Assembly: GCA_944388995.1 (NCBI GenBank)
Contig: CALXKN010000008.1
Coordinates: forward strand, 17,160-81,159
Source: an uncultured Spirochaetota bacterium
Lineage (GTDB): Bacteria; Spirochaetota; Spirochaetia; JAFGXN01
DNA length: 64,000 nucleotides
Reading direction: 5' to 3'
Below the pieces are notes generated by a model. That model was not told where the DNA came from, searched no databases, and saw only the letters and a program-made list of their open reading frames with translations. Within the stretch, counting starts at the first letter, position 1, and each line of letters starts with the position of its first letter. The position numbers were made by a program, and so were the translations under genes. Shown here piece by piece: positions 39,124-49,195 of this stretch.

Positions 39124-41058
39124 ATGCAGAAAGATTATTCGGCAAGTAATATTCAGATTTTAAAAGGTTTGGAAGCGGTCAGAAAAAGGCCTGGTATGTA
39201 CATCGGTACGACAGGCGAAGAGGGGCTTCATCATCTTGTTTATGAGATTGTCGATAACAGTATTGACGAGGCTTTAGCCGGTTACTGCGATCAAGTTGAT
39301 GTTTTCATCGAACAAGGAAATATTATAAGAGTTGAAGATAACGGACGCGGAATTCCGACAGATATTCATCCCGAAGAGGGAGTTAGCGCTCTGGAGGTGG
39401 TTTTAACTAAACTTCATGCCGGAGGAAAATTTGATAAGAATTCGTATAAAGTTTCCGGAGGTTTGCACGGCGTCGGTGTTTCTGTTGTCAACGCTCTTTC
39501 GGAATGGCTGGAAGTAACCGTTTACAGAAACGGAAAGATTTTTTATCAGCGTTATAAAAGAGGAATTCCGGAAAAGGCGGTTGCCGTCCTGGGAGAAACG
39601 GAAAGAACGGGAACGGTTGTCAGATTCAAACCGGACGGGGAAATTTTTAAGGATACGCAGATTTTCAAATTCGACATTCTTTCATCGCGTCTGCGTGAAC
39701 TTTCGTTTTTGAATAAAGGAATCAAAATCAACATTACCGATTTCAGAACTCCCGTTCCGAAAGAAAACAAATTTCTGTTTGAAGGCGGGGTAAAATCGTT
39801 TGTGTCGTTTTTAAACGAGAACAAAAAACCGCTTCAGTCGGAACCGATTTATTTTGAATCCGAAAAAGAGACCGAAAAAGGCGTTGTAAAAATTGAAGTG
39901 GCGATGGAGTACAGCGAGAGCTACAACGAGCTGATTTTGTCTTTTGTCAACAATATCAATACGCGCGAAGGCGGAACCCATCTCAGCGGGTTTAAAACGG
40001 CTTTGACAAGAGTTTTTAACGAAAAGTTAAAAACATCCAAAGTCGGTAAGCGTTCGAAGCTGACCGAACCTTTGAGCGGTGAAGATACCCGCTTCGGTTT
40101 GACGGCCGTCGTCTCGGCAAAAGTTCCCGACCCTCAGTTTGAAGGGCAGACAAAAGCCAAACTGGGAAATACCGAAATCAGAAAAATTACGGAAACAATC
40201 GTTTACGATAATCTGCTGCTGTATTTTGAGCAGAATCCCGATACGGTCGAAGTGATACTTTCAAAAGCGGTGGAATCTTCCATGGCGCGGATGGCCGCTC
40301 AGCGCGCGCGCGCGAATGTGCTTCGGAAAAACAGTCTGGAAAGCGGATCCCTTCCCGGAAAATTGGCCGACTGTTCGGAAAAAGATCCGTCGCTTTGTGA
40401 GATTTACATCGTTGAGGGAGATTCAGCAGGAGGAAGCGCCAAAGGAGGGCGTGATAGCAAACATCAGGCCATTCTTCCTCTTTGGGGAAAAATGCTGAAT
40501 GTCGAAAAAGCCAGAATCGAGCAGGTGGTAGACAACGATAAACTGAAGCCGGTGATTCAGGCTTTGGGAACAAACGTCGGAAAGCACTTTAATTTGGAAA
40601 AGTTACGGTATGACAAAGTCATCATTATGGCCGATGCCGACGTTGACGGTTCCCATATCCGTACACTGCTGCTGGCGTTTTTTTTCCGCTATATGACGCA
40701 GTTAATCGAGACCGGGCATGTTTATCTGGCAATGCCGCCGCTTTATAAAATCGAATATAAAAAAAAGCACCATTACGCATACGACGATAATGAAAAAGAC
40801 CGGATTCTGAACGAGATCGGCGTTTCGGAAGAAGAGAATTCTGTAAAAATTCAACGGTACAAAGGTCTCGGAGAGATGAATCCGGAACAACTTTGGGATA
40901 CAACGATGAATCCGGAAACAAGGCAAATGATGAAAGTGACAATGGAAGATGCCGTTGAAGCCGACAGAATTTTTACCGTTTTAATGGGAAGCGAAGTCGA
41001 GCCCAGGAAAAAATTCATTGAAGAAAACGCGTTGTCGGTCACTAATCTGGATATTTAG
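39124..41058 (+). CDS. gyrB: DNA gyrase subunit B
   Basis: GHKL ATPase motifs, Toprim EGDSAGG and a C-terminal tail. Confidence 0.95.
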   Translation: MQKDYSASNIQILKGLEAVRKRPGMYIGTTGEEGLHHLVYEIVDNSIDEALAGYCDQVDVFIEQGNIIRVEDNGRGIPTDIHPEEGVSALEVVLTKLHAGGKFDKNSYKVSGGLHGVGVSVVNALSEWLEVTVYRNGKIFYQRYKRGIPEKAVAVLGETERTGTVVRFKPDGEIFKDTQIFKFDILSSRLRELSFLNKGIKINITDFRTPVPKENKFLFEGGVKSFVSFLNENKKPLQSEPIYFESEKETEKGVVKIEVAMEYSESYNELILSFVNNINTREGGTHLSGFKTALTRVFNEKLKTSKVGKRSKLTEPLSGEDTRFGLTAVVSAKVPDPQFEGQTKAKLGNTEIRKITETIVYDNLLLYFEQNPDTVEVILSKAVESSMARMAAQRARANVLRKNSLESGSLPGKLADCSEKDPSLCEIYIVEGDSAGGSAKGGRDSKHQAILPLWGKMLNVEKARIEQVVDNDKLKPVIQALGTNVGKHFNLEKLRYDKVIIMADADVDGSHIRTLLLAFFFRYMTQLIETGHVYLAMPPLYKIEYKKKHHYAYDDNEKDRILNEIGVSEEENSVKIQRYKGLGEMNPEQLWDTTMNPETRQMMKVTMEDAVEADRIFTVLMGSEVEPRKKFIEENALSVTNLDI

Positions 41059-41067
41059 GAGTCGGCC

Positions 41068-43518
41068 ATGGAAGAAACGCAGCCGGGAAATATCATTCCC
41101 GTATCCATAGAAGATGAAGTCAAACAGTCTTATCTGAATTATGCCATGTCGGTTATCGTCAGCCGCGCGTTGCCGGACGTCCGCGACGGACTGAAACCGG
41201 TTCACCGCAGAATCTTATACGCGATGAATGAACTGGGACTGGCGTCAAATAAAGAAACCAAAAAATGCGCCCGCATTGTCGGTGAAGTTTTGGGTAAGTA
41301 CCATCCGCACGGCGATCAGTCGGTTTACGACGCGTTGGTCCGTATGGCGCAATGGTTTTCGCTGAAGTATCCTCTGATTTACGGCCAGGGCAATTTCGGA
41401 AACTTGGACGGCGATTCGGCCGCCGCCATGCGGTATACCGAAGCCAAAATGGAAAAGTACGCTGAATTGATGATGACAGACATCAATAAAGATACGGTTG
41501 ACTGGATGCCGAATTATGATGAATCGACGCAGGAACCGACCGTTCTTCCTTCAGCTTTTCCGAATTTGCTTGTCAACGGATCAAACGGAATTGCTGTCGG
41601 TATGGCGACGAATATGGCTCCGCATAATATCAACGAAGTCTGCGCTGCTGTTTCCGCCTATATCCGGAATCCCGATATTACCGTTGAAGAATTGATGCAG
41701 TATATAAAAGGCCCCGATTTTCCGACCGGCGGTCTTATTTACGGTACAGAAGGAATTAAAAAAGCGTACAGAACGGGTCGCGGAAAAGTTTTGATTCGGT
41801 CAAAGTGTTCGATTGAGACAATGAAATCCGGAAGGATGTGCATTGTTGTTACCGAAATTCCTTACATGGTCAACAAAAAGTCGTTGCTGGAACGGATTGC
41901 CGATTTGGTGAAAGACAAAAAAATCGAAGATATTTCCGCTCTGCGCGATGAATCTTCCGACAGGGTTGGCGTCCGGATCGTTATTGAGTTGAAAAAAGAC
42001 GCCAATGTCAAATTGGCGCTCAATAAACTTTATCTGCTTTCCGATCTCCAGAAAAGTTTCAGTATTATCAATTTGGCTTTGGTGAAAGGCCGTCCGGAAA
42101 CATTAAATTTAAAACAGCTGATTTTTCATTATGTTGAACACCGGAAAGAAGTGGTTACCCGCAGAACGGTTTTCGATTTGAATAAAGCCAAAGCCCGCTG
42201 TCATATTCTGGAAGGGTTAAAAATTGCGCTTGCCAATATCGATGAAATCATCGCCCTTATTAAAGCGTCAAAAACGGTTGATGAGGCAAGAAAGCGCTTG
42301 ATTGAACGTTTTGCCTTTTCCGAAATTCAAGCCAACGCCATCCTCGAAATGAGACTTCAGAAACTGACCAACCTGGAAACGGAAAAAATCCTGAACGAGT
42401 TGGCGGAAATCCTGAAAATGATTGCGTATTACGAAGACTTGCTGACACATGAAGATAAACTGATGGGGGTTGTACGGTCGGAAATCGAGCAAGTTTCCGA
42501 AGCAAATCAGTCAGACCGGCAAACCGAAATTCTGCTGCAGGAAGCGGAAGAAATCGACGCCGAAGACATGATTGCCGAAGAAAACGTGGTTGTTCTGATT
42601 TCAAACAAAGGTTTTATCAAACGGCAGCCCGTTTCATCATACCGGATTCAAAACCGCGGCGGCGCCGGTTCTTCTTCGACAAAATTTCATGTTGACGATT
42701 TTCTTGAACATCTTTTTATTGCCTCAACTCATGAGTACATCGTCTTTCTGACAAACGAAGGACGGGCTTATTATCTGAAAGTTCACGAAATTCCCGAAAG
42801 CAGCAAAGCGGCTAAAGGAACGCATATCAAACAGCTGCTTTCCATTACCGCAAACGAAGAGATTTCCGCTGTAGTAGCTTTAAAGGAATTTAATGAAACT
42901 TCGTTTTTATTTATGGCAACCGGATGCGGAAATGTTAAGCGTCTGGCTACATCAGAGCTGGAAAACGCCAAAACGCGCGGAAAAATCGTAATCCGTCTGC
43001 AGCAGGGCGACCGCCTTGTCAGCGTTATTCCGACAGACGGAAAACGGGAAATGTTTCTCGTTACAAGAAGGGGGCTTGCCCTCCATTTTAAAGAGGAAGA
43101 CGTCCGCGTTATGGGAAGAACCGCCTCCGGCGTGCGCGGAATCAGATTAACCAAAGGTGATGAAGTCGTTGCCGTTCTGTCTTTTAAGGAAAACGAACAG
43201 CTTTTTCTGATTTCCGAATTTGGATTTGCAAAGAGAACTAATCTTGAAAACAGCACTTCGCACTCGCGCGGATCGAAGGGAATCATTTACTATAAAGCCG
43301 GAGAAAAGACAGGCGAACTGGTCGGCGCTCTATGCGTTTCAGAAAAAGACGAATTGGTCTGCATTACCTCTCAAGGAATGACATTAAAATTGAAAGTTGA
43401 TCAAATCCCCGTATTGGGAAGATCTGCTTCAGGCGTGCGTGCGGTTCGCGTAAAAGAACCTGATTGTCTCGTCGGAGTGGCGCGCGTTGTTAACGAAGAT
43501 GCTCCGGATGAAAAATAA
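41068..43518 (+). CDS. gyrA: DNA gyrase subunit A
   Basis: Active-site region AAMRYTEAK (catalytic Tyr), GyrA-box-like C-terminal beta-pinwheel repeats. Confidence 0.95.
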   Translation: MEETQPGNIIPVSIEDEVKQSYLNYAMSVIVSRALPDVRDGLKPVHRRILYAMNELGLASNKETKKCARIVGEVLGKYHPHGDQSVYDALVRMAQWFSLKYPLIYGQGNFGNLDGDSAAAMRYTEAKMEKYAELMMTDINKDTVDWMPNYDESTQEPTVLPSAFPNLLVNGSNGIAVGMATNMAPHNINEVCAAVSAYIRNPDITVEELMQYIKGPDFPTGGLIYGTEGIKKAYRTGRGKVLIRSKCSIETMKSGRMCIVVTEIPYMVNKKSLLERIADLVKDKKIEDISALRDESSDRVGVRIVIELKKDANVKLALNKLYLLSDLQKSFSIINLALVKGRPETLNLKQLIFHYVEHRKEVVTRRTVFDLNKAKARCHILEGLKIALANIDEIIALIKASKTVDEARKRLIERFAFSEIQANAILEMRLQKLTNLETEKILNELAEILKMIAYYEDLLTHEDKLMGVVRSEIEQVSEANQSDRQTEILLQEAEEIDAEDMIAEENVVVLISNKGFIKRQPVSSYRIQNRGGAGSSSTKFHVDDFLEHLFIASTHEYIVFLTNEGRAYYLKVHEIPESSKAAKGTHIKQLLSITANEEISAVVALKEFNETSFLFMATGCGNVKRLATSELENAKTRGKIVIRLQQGDRLVSVIPTDGKREMFLVTRRGLALHFKEEDVRVMGRTASGVRGIRLTKGDEVVAVLSFKENEQLFLISEFGFAKRTNLENSTSHSRGSKGIIYYKAGEKTGELVGALCVSEKDELVCITSQGMTLKLKVDQIPVLGRSASGVRAVRVKEPDCLVGVARVVNEDAPDEK

Positions 43519-43534
43519 TCCGCAGAACGACATC

Positions 43535-43575
43535 AGCACCCCGAAGCCGAATGGCTTCGGGGTGCTTGTTTTATT
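43535..43575 (+). terminator. Rho-independent terminator after gyrA
   Basis: Perfect 14-bp stem (agcaccccgaagcc / ggcttcggggtgct) with a gaat loop, followed by tgttttatt. Confidence 0.75.
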
Positions 43576-43594
43576 ATAAAGACAGTACCGTCAA

Positions 43595-43610
43595 TGTTCC
43601 ACGTGGAACA
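43595..43610. promoter_or_regulatory. parS centromere-like site 1 (TGTTCCACGTGGAACA)
   Basis: Perfect 16-bp palindrome (24-bp with flanks). One mismatch from the B. subtilis parS TGTTCCACGTGAAACA. Lies 1.7 kb from parAB and about 4.5 kb from dnaA. Confidence 0.7.
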
Positions 43611-43645
43611 TTGAGAGCTTCTTCACGGCTTTATCGATTTTTGAA

Positions 43646-43661
43646 TGTTCCACGTGGAACA
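43646..43661. promoter_or_regulatory. parS centromere-like site 2 (TGTTCCACGTGGAACA)
   Basis: Identical 16-bp core to site 1 within a 20-bp perfect palindrome, 51 bp centre-to-centre from site 1. Confidence 0.7.
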
Positions 43662-43696
43662 TTGACATGGATTTTTATCCGTGTTAATTATACGGT

Positions 43697-44992
43697 ATGA
43701 AACGGTGTGTTTTTCTATTTTTAACGGTTTTTACGGCGTTCGGTTCGTTTGCTGAACAAAATGGAATTCGGATTGAAATTGACGGATCCGGGGAAAAGAC
43801 CGTTGCTGTTAAAGAATCTGAAGTTGCGGGAACCTCTGCTTTTGTTTTTTCTTTTAAAAAACAAGTCGGGTTATTTGCCGATAAAGTTACCGTTGAAGAT
43901 GCAGTGAAGGGGTTTAAATTTTATTCCGAGATTCGGGAAAAGGCAAATTTATACCGCAAAGAAGAAGAAAAAATTCGCAGCGATATTCTTGAAAAAGAAA
44001 AACATTTCAAAAAGGAAGCTGATCGCTTATATGATATTTACAACAGAAAACTCGAACCTCTTGTCCGAGCATTGACCGTTTTAGAAAAAAGCCGCTCTTC
44101 CGGCGGAGAAGTCGATGTAAATTCGGTTAAACAAAAGATTATTGAGCTGGAAACGGCACGCGATGAGGAAATTGCCGGCGAGAGAAAAAAATATTTTCCC
44201 GACGGATTGCAAACGAATATTGAAGTGACGATTGAAGAAACGGTTGAGGAAAAAATTATCGAAGAGTTCCGGCTGAACCGTTCTTCGTTTTCGGGGACAC
44301 AGATGTCACTTTCCGATGTAAAGAATTCCGTTTCTCTTCAAAATGCTGTACTTTCTTTTGTTCCGGTGAAAAATCTTAAATTGATTTATGAAGACGAAAA
44401 GACGGAAACATCATCAACAGTTTTAAAAAACGCAGCGCCGGACTTTCAAGCCGTAGGATTGCGTTTAAATTTTCCGAATACAGAAAAAACGTTTCGTTTT
44501 GACTGTGAAGAATTTCTTCGTTTGCTTTCGTCTTTTTTTGATTCACAAAACACGGCGCCGGTCGAAGTTCCGAAAACGGCGGCGGCTCAACAGGTCGGTT
44601 ATGTACTGAAAGCAAGGCGCTGCCTTCCCGAGGAATTTGGTTTAAGAAAAACACGACGCATCAGCAAAGAGTTGTTTGTTCCTGTTTCATTTGAAACCAA
44701 AACAGCGAACATTTCCGTTTCAGCGGCTGAGGTCGGCGGAAAGCGTTTTGTGTTTGTTCTTCCCGAAAAACAGGAAGGGAGTTTGGCTGAACATGTTTGC
44801 CTGATTTTTGAAGAAGCCGAAGTTGTCCGTTTGATACGGCTGATTGAAGAAAAACAAAAGTCTGTCGGTACGGTTTCCGTTGATTGGGATTTTCTTTCGT
44901 TCGATTCTGATTTGAAGACGGAAGTCGAAATAACGGATAACGGAGCGATTTTTCCCGAAGAAAAAATGAAGCAGCTGTTTCGGATAAAGTAA
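43697..44992 (+). CDS. Secreted hypothetical protein
   Basis: Signal peptide MKRCVFLFLTVFTAFGSFA. Charged coiled-coil-like N-terminal half. Confidence 0.55.
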   Translation: MKRCVFLFLTVFTAFGSFAEQNGIRIEIDGSGEKTVAVKESEVAGTSAFVFSFKKQVGLFADKVTVEDAVKGFKFYSEIREKANLYRKEEEKIRSDILEKEKHFKKEADRLYDIYNRKLEPLVRALTVLEKSRSSGGEVDVNSVKQKIIELETARDEEIAGERKKYFPDGLQTNIEVTIEETVEEKIIEEFRLNRSSFSGTQMSLSDVKNSVSLQNAVLSFVPVKNLKLIYEDEKTETSSTVLKNAAPDFQAVGLRLNFPNTEKTFRFDCEEFLRLLSSFFDSQNTAPVEVPKTAAAQQVGYVLKARRCLPEEFGLRKTRRISKELFVPVSFETKTANISVSAAEVGGKRFVFVLPEKQEGSLAEHVCLIFEEAEVVRLIRLIEEKQKSVGTVSVDWDFLSFDSDLKTEVEITDNGAIFPEEKMKQLFRIK

Positions 44993-45005
44993 ATTTACAA
45001 AAAAA

Positions 45006-45030
45006 GCGGGCCTTCGCCCGCCTGTCGTTA
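45006..45030. terminator. Bidirectional terminator
   Basis: gcgggc-cttc-gcccgc hairpin flanked by A-rich and T-rich runs, between convergent genes. Confidence 0.6.
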
Positions 45031-45038
45031 AATCCGAA

Positions 45039-45257
45039 TTAAACCGATTCGACGCCTTCCAGTTCAGGAATATTGTCTTTTAAGTATTTTTCGATACCGT
45101 TTTTCAGAGTCATTTGAGCCATCGGACAGCCGTGACAGCTGCCTTTCAGTTTTACATAAGCGATGTTTCCTTCCATTTTAACAAATTCTACATCGCCGCC
45201 GTCGGCTTGAAGGGAAGGGCGGACATGCTCGATATATTGTTTGACTTGTTCTTCCAT
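45039..45257 (-). CDS. NifU-like Fe-S cluster assembly/delivery protein (Nfu C-terminal domain)
   Basis: GSCHGCPMAQMTLKNGIE matches the Nfu CxxC signature. Confidence 0.85.
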   Translation of the reverse strand: MEEQVKQYIEHVRPSLQADGGDVEFVKMEGNIAYVKLKGSCHGCPMAQMTLKNGIEKYLKDNIPELEGVESV

Positions 45258-45369
45258 AAAAATCTCCTTATTTGCAGTTTAACACTTTTTTTGTGCGGAG
45301 ACAAGAAATTTCGATTTTTTTTTGTTTTTATTGAAGAAAAAATCCTTTTTGACTATTATTATTTATAGT

Positions 45370-46131
45370 ATGAAAACAAAAATTACGGCATTTGTCAATC
45401 AAAAGGGCGGCGTCGGAAAAACGACGACAACAGTAAATCTCGGTGCGTATTTAGCCGACGCGGGGAAAAAAGTTCTTTTAATCGATTTTGATCCACAAGG
45501 AAATCTTTCTTCAAATGTCGGTATTGCCGACGTTGAGAAGGGTATTTACGAATTGCTGGCAGGGCAGGCCGATGCAAATGAATGTGTTTATGAAACGCCT
45601 GTTGACAATCTTTTTGTTTGTCCGACCGATATCAATTTGGCGGGAGGAGCTGTCGAATTGATTTCGGTTGATGATCGGGAATTTGTTTTAAAAGAAGCGA
45701 TGGATGAATGGCGCGGCGTTTACGATTATATTTTTATTGACTGTCCGCCCGCATTGGGAGTACTGACTATTAACGCGTTGACGGCAGCCGATGAGGTGAT
45801 TGTTCCGCTTCAATGTGAATATTTTGCGTTGGAAGGTTTGTCACAGTTATTGGATACGATTGAAATGGTGCGGAATACCACTAACCCGAAATTAACATTT
45901 CCTCGTATACTGTTTACAATGTACGATTCAAGAACCCTTCTTTCCCGCGACGTTGTGGATAATTTGAATCAAAACTATCCGGATCGGCTTTTTAAAACCA
46001 TCATTCCTCGGAATGTCAAGTTGGCAGAAGCGCCGTCTCATGGCGTTCCGATTAATTTATACGACAGTTTATGTCTTGGAGCAAAGAGTTACGAAAATTT
46101 GGCAAAGGAGTATATGAACGATGGCAAATGA
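45370..46131 (+). CDS. parA: Chromosome partitioning ATPase ParA/Soj
   Basis: Deviant Walker A KGGVGKTTT. The start was chosen at MKTKI. Confidence 0.9.
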   Translation: MKTKITAFVNQKGGVGKTTTTVNLGAYLADAGKKVLLIDFDPQGNLSSNVGIADVEKGIYELLAGQADANECVYETPVDNLFVCPTDINLAGGAVELISVDDREFVLKEAMDEWRGVYDYIFIDCPPALGVLTINALTAADEVIVPLQCEYFALEGLSQLLDTIEMVRNTTNPKLTFPRILFTMYDSRTLLSRDVVDNLNQNYPDRLFKTIIPRNVKLAEAPSHGVPINLYDSLCLGAKSYENLAKEYMNDGK

Positions 46132-47029
46132 AAATCGTCCTGCAAGAATGAAACGATCGGGATTAGGAAAAGGGATCGAAAATCTGAAACCGAAGGCAGC
46201 GGCTCCTTCCGTAAAAAAGTGGGAAGAAGAGGCGGCCCAAAACGGCGGTATTCGCGAAATTGCGCTCGATGATATTTTTGCCTATACCGATCAGCCGAGA
46301 AAATATTTTGATGAAGAGTCTTTAAACGAACTGGCCGATTCGATTCGGCAAGTCGGCGTTCTGCAGCCGATTTTGGTTATCAGTCGCGAGTCGCGGTATA
46401 TGATTGTTTCCGGAGAACGGCGTTACCGCGCCGCGGTCAAAGCCGGCTTGAAAACCATTCCGGCAGTGGAAATGTCGTTGACTGACGAAAAAGCGGATGA
46501 AATTGCGGTTATTGAAAATATTCAGCGTGAAGATTTAACTCCACTGGAAGAAGCGCGCGCTTATCAGGCGTTAATGCGCCGTTACGGTTATACGCAGGAG
46601 CAGGTTGCCGAAAAAGTCGGAAAAAAGCGTTCGACAATCACCAATGCCGTCCGTTTACTGAAATTACCTGAAGACATTTTAACCGGATTGGAAGAAAATA
46701 AAATTACAGCGGGACATGCACGGAGTTTGGCCGGGTTAAAAAAAGAATCGGAAATGCGGAAGTTTTATCAGATGATTATCTCAAAAGGTTTAAGCGTCCG
46801 CGATATTGAAAAACTTCTGGCAAAAGACGAAAAAAAGGCGGAACCGACAGCGGCCGCCGGAAAACCGTCCAAATCGGAGGATATTCTCGCCGTTGAATCG
46901 CAGTTGATGGAACGGCTGGGAACTCACGTTCTTATCAACGGAACGGAAAAACGGGGAAAAATTGTCATTGATTATTATTCGCTCGATGATTTAAATCGAT
47001 TGATCGAACTGTTGGGAGGCGGTTTTTAA
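46121..47029 (+). CDS. parB: Chromosome partitioning protein ParB/Spo0J
   Basis: ParB box GERRYRAA plus an HTH. Confidence 0.9.
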   Translation: MANENRPARMKRSGLGKGIENLKPKAAAPSVKKWEEEAAQNGGIREIALDDIFAYTDQPRKYFDEESLNELADSIRQVGVLQPILVISRESRYMIVSGERRYRAAVKAGLKTIPAVEMSLTDEKADEIAVIENIQREDLTPLEEARAYQALMRRYGYTQEQVAEKVGKKRSTITNAVRLLKLPEDILTGLEENKITAGHARSLAGLKKESEMRKFYQMIISKGLSVRDIEKLLAKDEKKAEPTAAAGKPSKSEDILAVESQLMERLGTHVLINGTEKRGKIVIDYYSLDDLNRLIELLGGGF

Positions 47030-47046
47030 CCGCCGCGCAGAGAGTT

Positions 47047-48054
47047 TTAAAATTCCAATTCAATCAAAAGCGGGAAGTGATCCGAAACTCCGGTAAATGT
47101 TTTGGTTGAAAACGAACGCGGTTTTCCGTTCCGGTTGACCATAAAATCGTATTCCGGAATTTCGCAGCGAATTAAATTCGGTTTTTGGGTCGGATCGATA
47201 ATCGGTTCATTGACAAAAATGTGATCGATTTTTTCCCATTCGGAGCTGTAAAAATAGCTGCCTTTTTCCGGCGGCAGTTCGCTCCAAATCGAATACAAAA
47301 CATCGCCTTTTACTTCTTCTTTGTTTTCGGAAAAAACCAAACAGCGATTCCGTTCTTCTTTCGGAATACGGTGCAGGTTCTTTTTCGAAACCAGTGCTGT
47401 CGGGTAACGAAACTCCTGTTTTTTGAATTCATACAGATCTTCGTTTAAGTCGCCCGCCACAATCACCGGCAGCGGGTTATTTTGAATCAGCCGTCTCACC
47501 GTTTGAGCTGACAGTTTGCGTTTTTCTTCGGTCTCTTCATCGCCGCCGAGTTTACTCTTCCAATGGTTGAGGATGATTTCGAATTCGATTCCGCGGTATT
47601 CGAAAAAGACTTCATTAATATTGCGTAAAATACTGCGGCCGAGTTCAAGTCGGTGGGTTTTGACTTCGTTTACCGGAATGCGTGAAATCACGGCGGAGTT
47701 AATATTGGAATTTTCCTGATCCAGACAGTAATTAAAACGATACCCGCGCGTCGGTAAATAGAATCGAACAAGAGAGTCAATACAGTTTTGATTTTCGACT
47801 TCAAATAAAAGAACGATGTCGGCATCGGTTTCTCGAATCACCTCTGCCAAATTGTTCAGTTTGTTTTGAAACATTTCCGAACCCCATTGACCGGATTCGG
47901 GATTGTAATTGTGATATTCTCCGCCGTCGGCAACGTCGTCAAAAAGATTTTGAACGTTGTACGACAAAATGGAAAGCGATTCGGCCGGCACAAAACAGCT
48001 GCACGAAAGCAGAAGAACCAAAATCAAAACCGGGAAAATATTTCTTGTTTTCAT
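47047..48054 (-). CDS. Secreted endonuclease/exonuclease/phosphatase (EEP) family protein
   Basis: Signal peptide with lipobox (LLLSCSC). EEP N-terminal motif LSILSYNVQNLFD and C-terminal SDHFPL. Confidence 0.7.
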   Translation of the reverse strand: MKTRNIFPVLILVLLLSCSCFVPAESLSILSYNVQNLFDDVADGGEYHNYNPESGQWGSEMFQNKLNNLAEVIRETDADIVLLFEVENQNCIDSLVRFYLPTRGYRFNYCLDQENSNINSAVISRIPVNEVKTHRLELGRSILRNINEVFFEYRGIEFEIILNHWKSKLGGDEETEEKRKLSAQTVRRLIQNNPLPVIVAGDLNEDLYEFKKQEFRYPTALVSKKNLHRIPKEERNRCLVFSENKEEVKGDVLYSIWSELPPEKGSYFYSSEWEKIDHIFVNEPIIDPTQKPNLIRCEIPEYDFMVNRNGKPRSFSTKTFTGVSDHFPLLIELEF

Positions 48055-48092
48055 ATAAATAATAATGCGGTTTTTAAGCGAATTCTGCATTT

Positions 48093-49121
48093 TTACCACC
48101 ATTTTTTCTTTTTAAAATAAATAATCATTCCGAGTGTCACGGCAGTCATCAGCAAAAGGGCAAACGGATAGCCGAATTTCCAACGCAGCTCCGGCATATC
48201 GGTGAAATTCATCCCATAAACACCGGCAATAAATGACAACGGCATAAAAACAGTTGAAACGATAGTCAGAACCTTCATAATGCGATTGACCGATTGCGCG
48301 TTTTTCGAATCCAAAGAGTCAATTAGAAAAGAAAACGAATCGCGCAGTTTTTCGGTGAGGTTGACTGCCTGTGTGACGTTGTTTGTCAAATTAGCAAACA
48401 GTTTTTTGGTTTTTGAAGAAGCGAATGAAAATTCCGGTTGACAGATTTTGTTCAGAATAACAAGGAGAGGCATCAATGAACGGGAGAGTCGTGTCACTTG
48501 TTTCCGAAATGCGTGAAGCTTCGAAATGTCGTCAAAATCGGAGAAAAAAAGCTGTTCTTCCAAATCATCGTAGTAGTCAAGCATGCTCTTTGCCGTTTTG
48601 TACGCATTGTCAATCAAAAAATTGAGAATCGAAAAAAGTAAATAATCAGATCCGAGGGTACGTACGTTGGAAGAGGGGTCGGTTAATCTTGTTAACAAAA
48701 AGTTTAAATCGCTATTGGCTGCTTCGGAGAGCGAAATCAGCAGTCGTTTTTTCCATAAAAAAGACATTTGATTTTCTTCGATACAGTGTTCCTGCTCGTT
48801 CCAATCGACGGCGTTGAGCGTTAAAAAACAGCTGTCGTCATATTCGTCCAGTTTCGGCGGCTGAGGCACGACGGCGGCGTCTTCGAGAATCAGTTTGTTG
48901 AAGCCGAATCGTTTTCCCAATCGGTCGGTGAGTTCCCGAGAAATGCCGCTGCCGCATTCGATCCACACATTATCGGGTTCCGGCAGTTCACTGAGTTCCG
49001 GTAAGTCTATTCGGCAGGCGTATTTTTCTTTCGAGTACTGGTGATAGAGAATTTTTGCCTCGCCCCTCTCTTTGCGTTTGGAAACAGCGGCCGGCGGCTT
49101 CTGTTTTTGTAAAGAATTCAT
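48093..49121 (-). CDS. corA: CorA-family magnesium/cobalt transporter
   Basis: GMN motif (AGVYGMNF) before the final two TM helices. Confidence 0.85.
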   Translation of the reverse strand: MNSLQKQKPPAAVSKRKERGEAKILYHQYSKEKYACRIDLPELSELPEPDNVWIECGSGISRELTDRLGKRFGFNKLILEDAAVVPQPPKLDEYDDSCFLTLNAVDWNEQEHCIEENQMSFLWKKRLLISLSEAANSDLNFLLTRLTDPSSNVRTLGSDYLLFSILNFLIDNAYKTAKSMLDYYDDLEEQLFFSDFDDISKLHAFRKQVTRLSRSLMPLLVILNKICQPEFSFASSKTKKLFANLTNNVTQAVNLTEKLRDSFSFLIDSLDSKNAQSVNRIMKVLTIVSTVFMPLSFIAGVYGMNFTDMPELRWKFGYPFALLLMTAVTLGMIIYFKKKKWW

Positions 49122-49195
49122 AAAAAACTCCGAAATACGAAAAACCGATGGAAAAAATTTTTCCTTTTATATATTATATCGGCAAGAGGGAAAGA

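Noticed and set aside
43591-43666. Twin palindromes considered as a LexA/Cheo box, a CIRCE/HrcA site or a restriction site
   Set aside because: The Cheo box is GAAC-N4-GTTC, the opposite half-site orientation, and CIRCE is unrelated. The 16-bp core is one symmetric change from canonical parS, and it sits near parAB and the origin, so parS is the most economical call.
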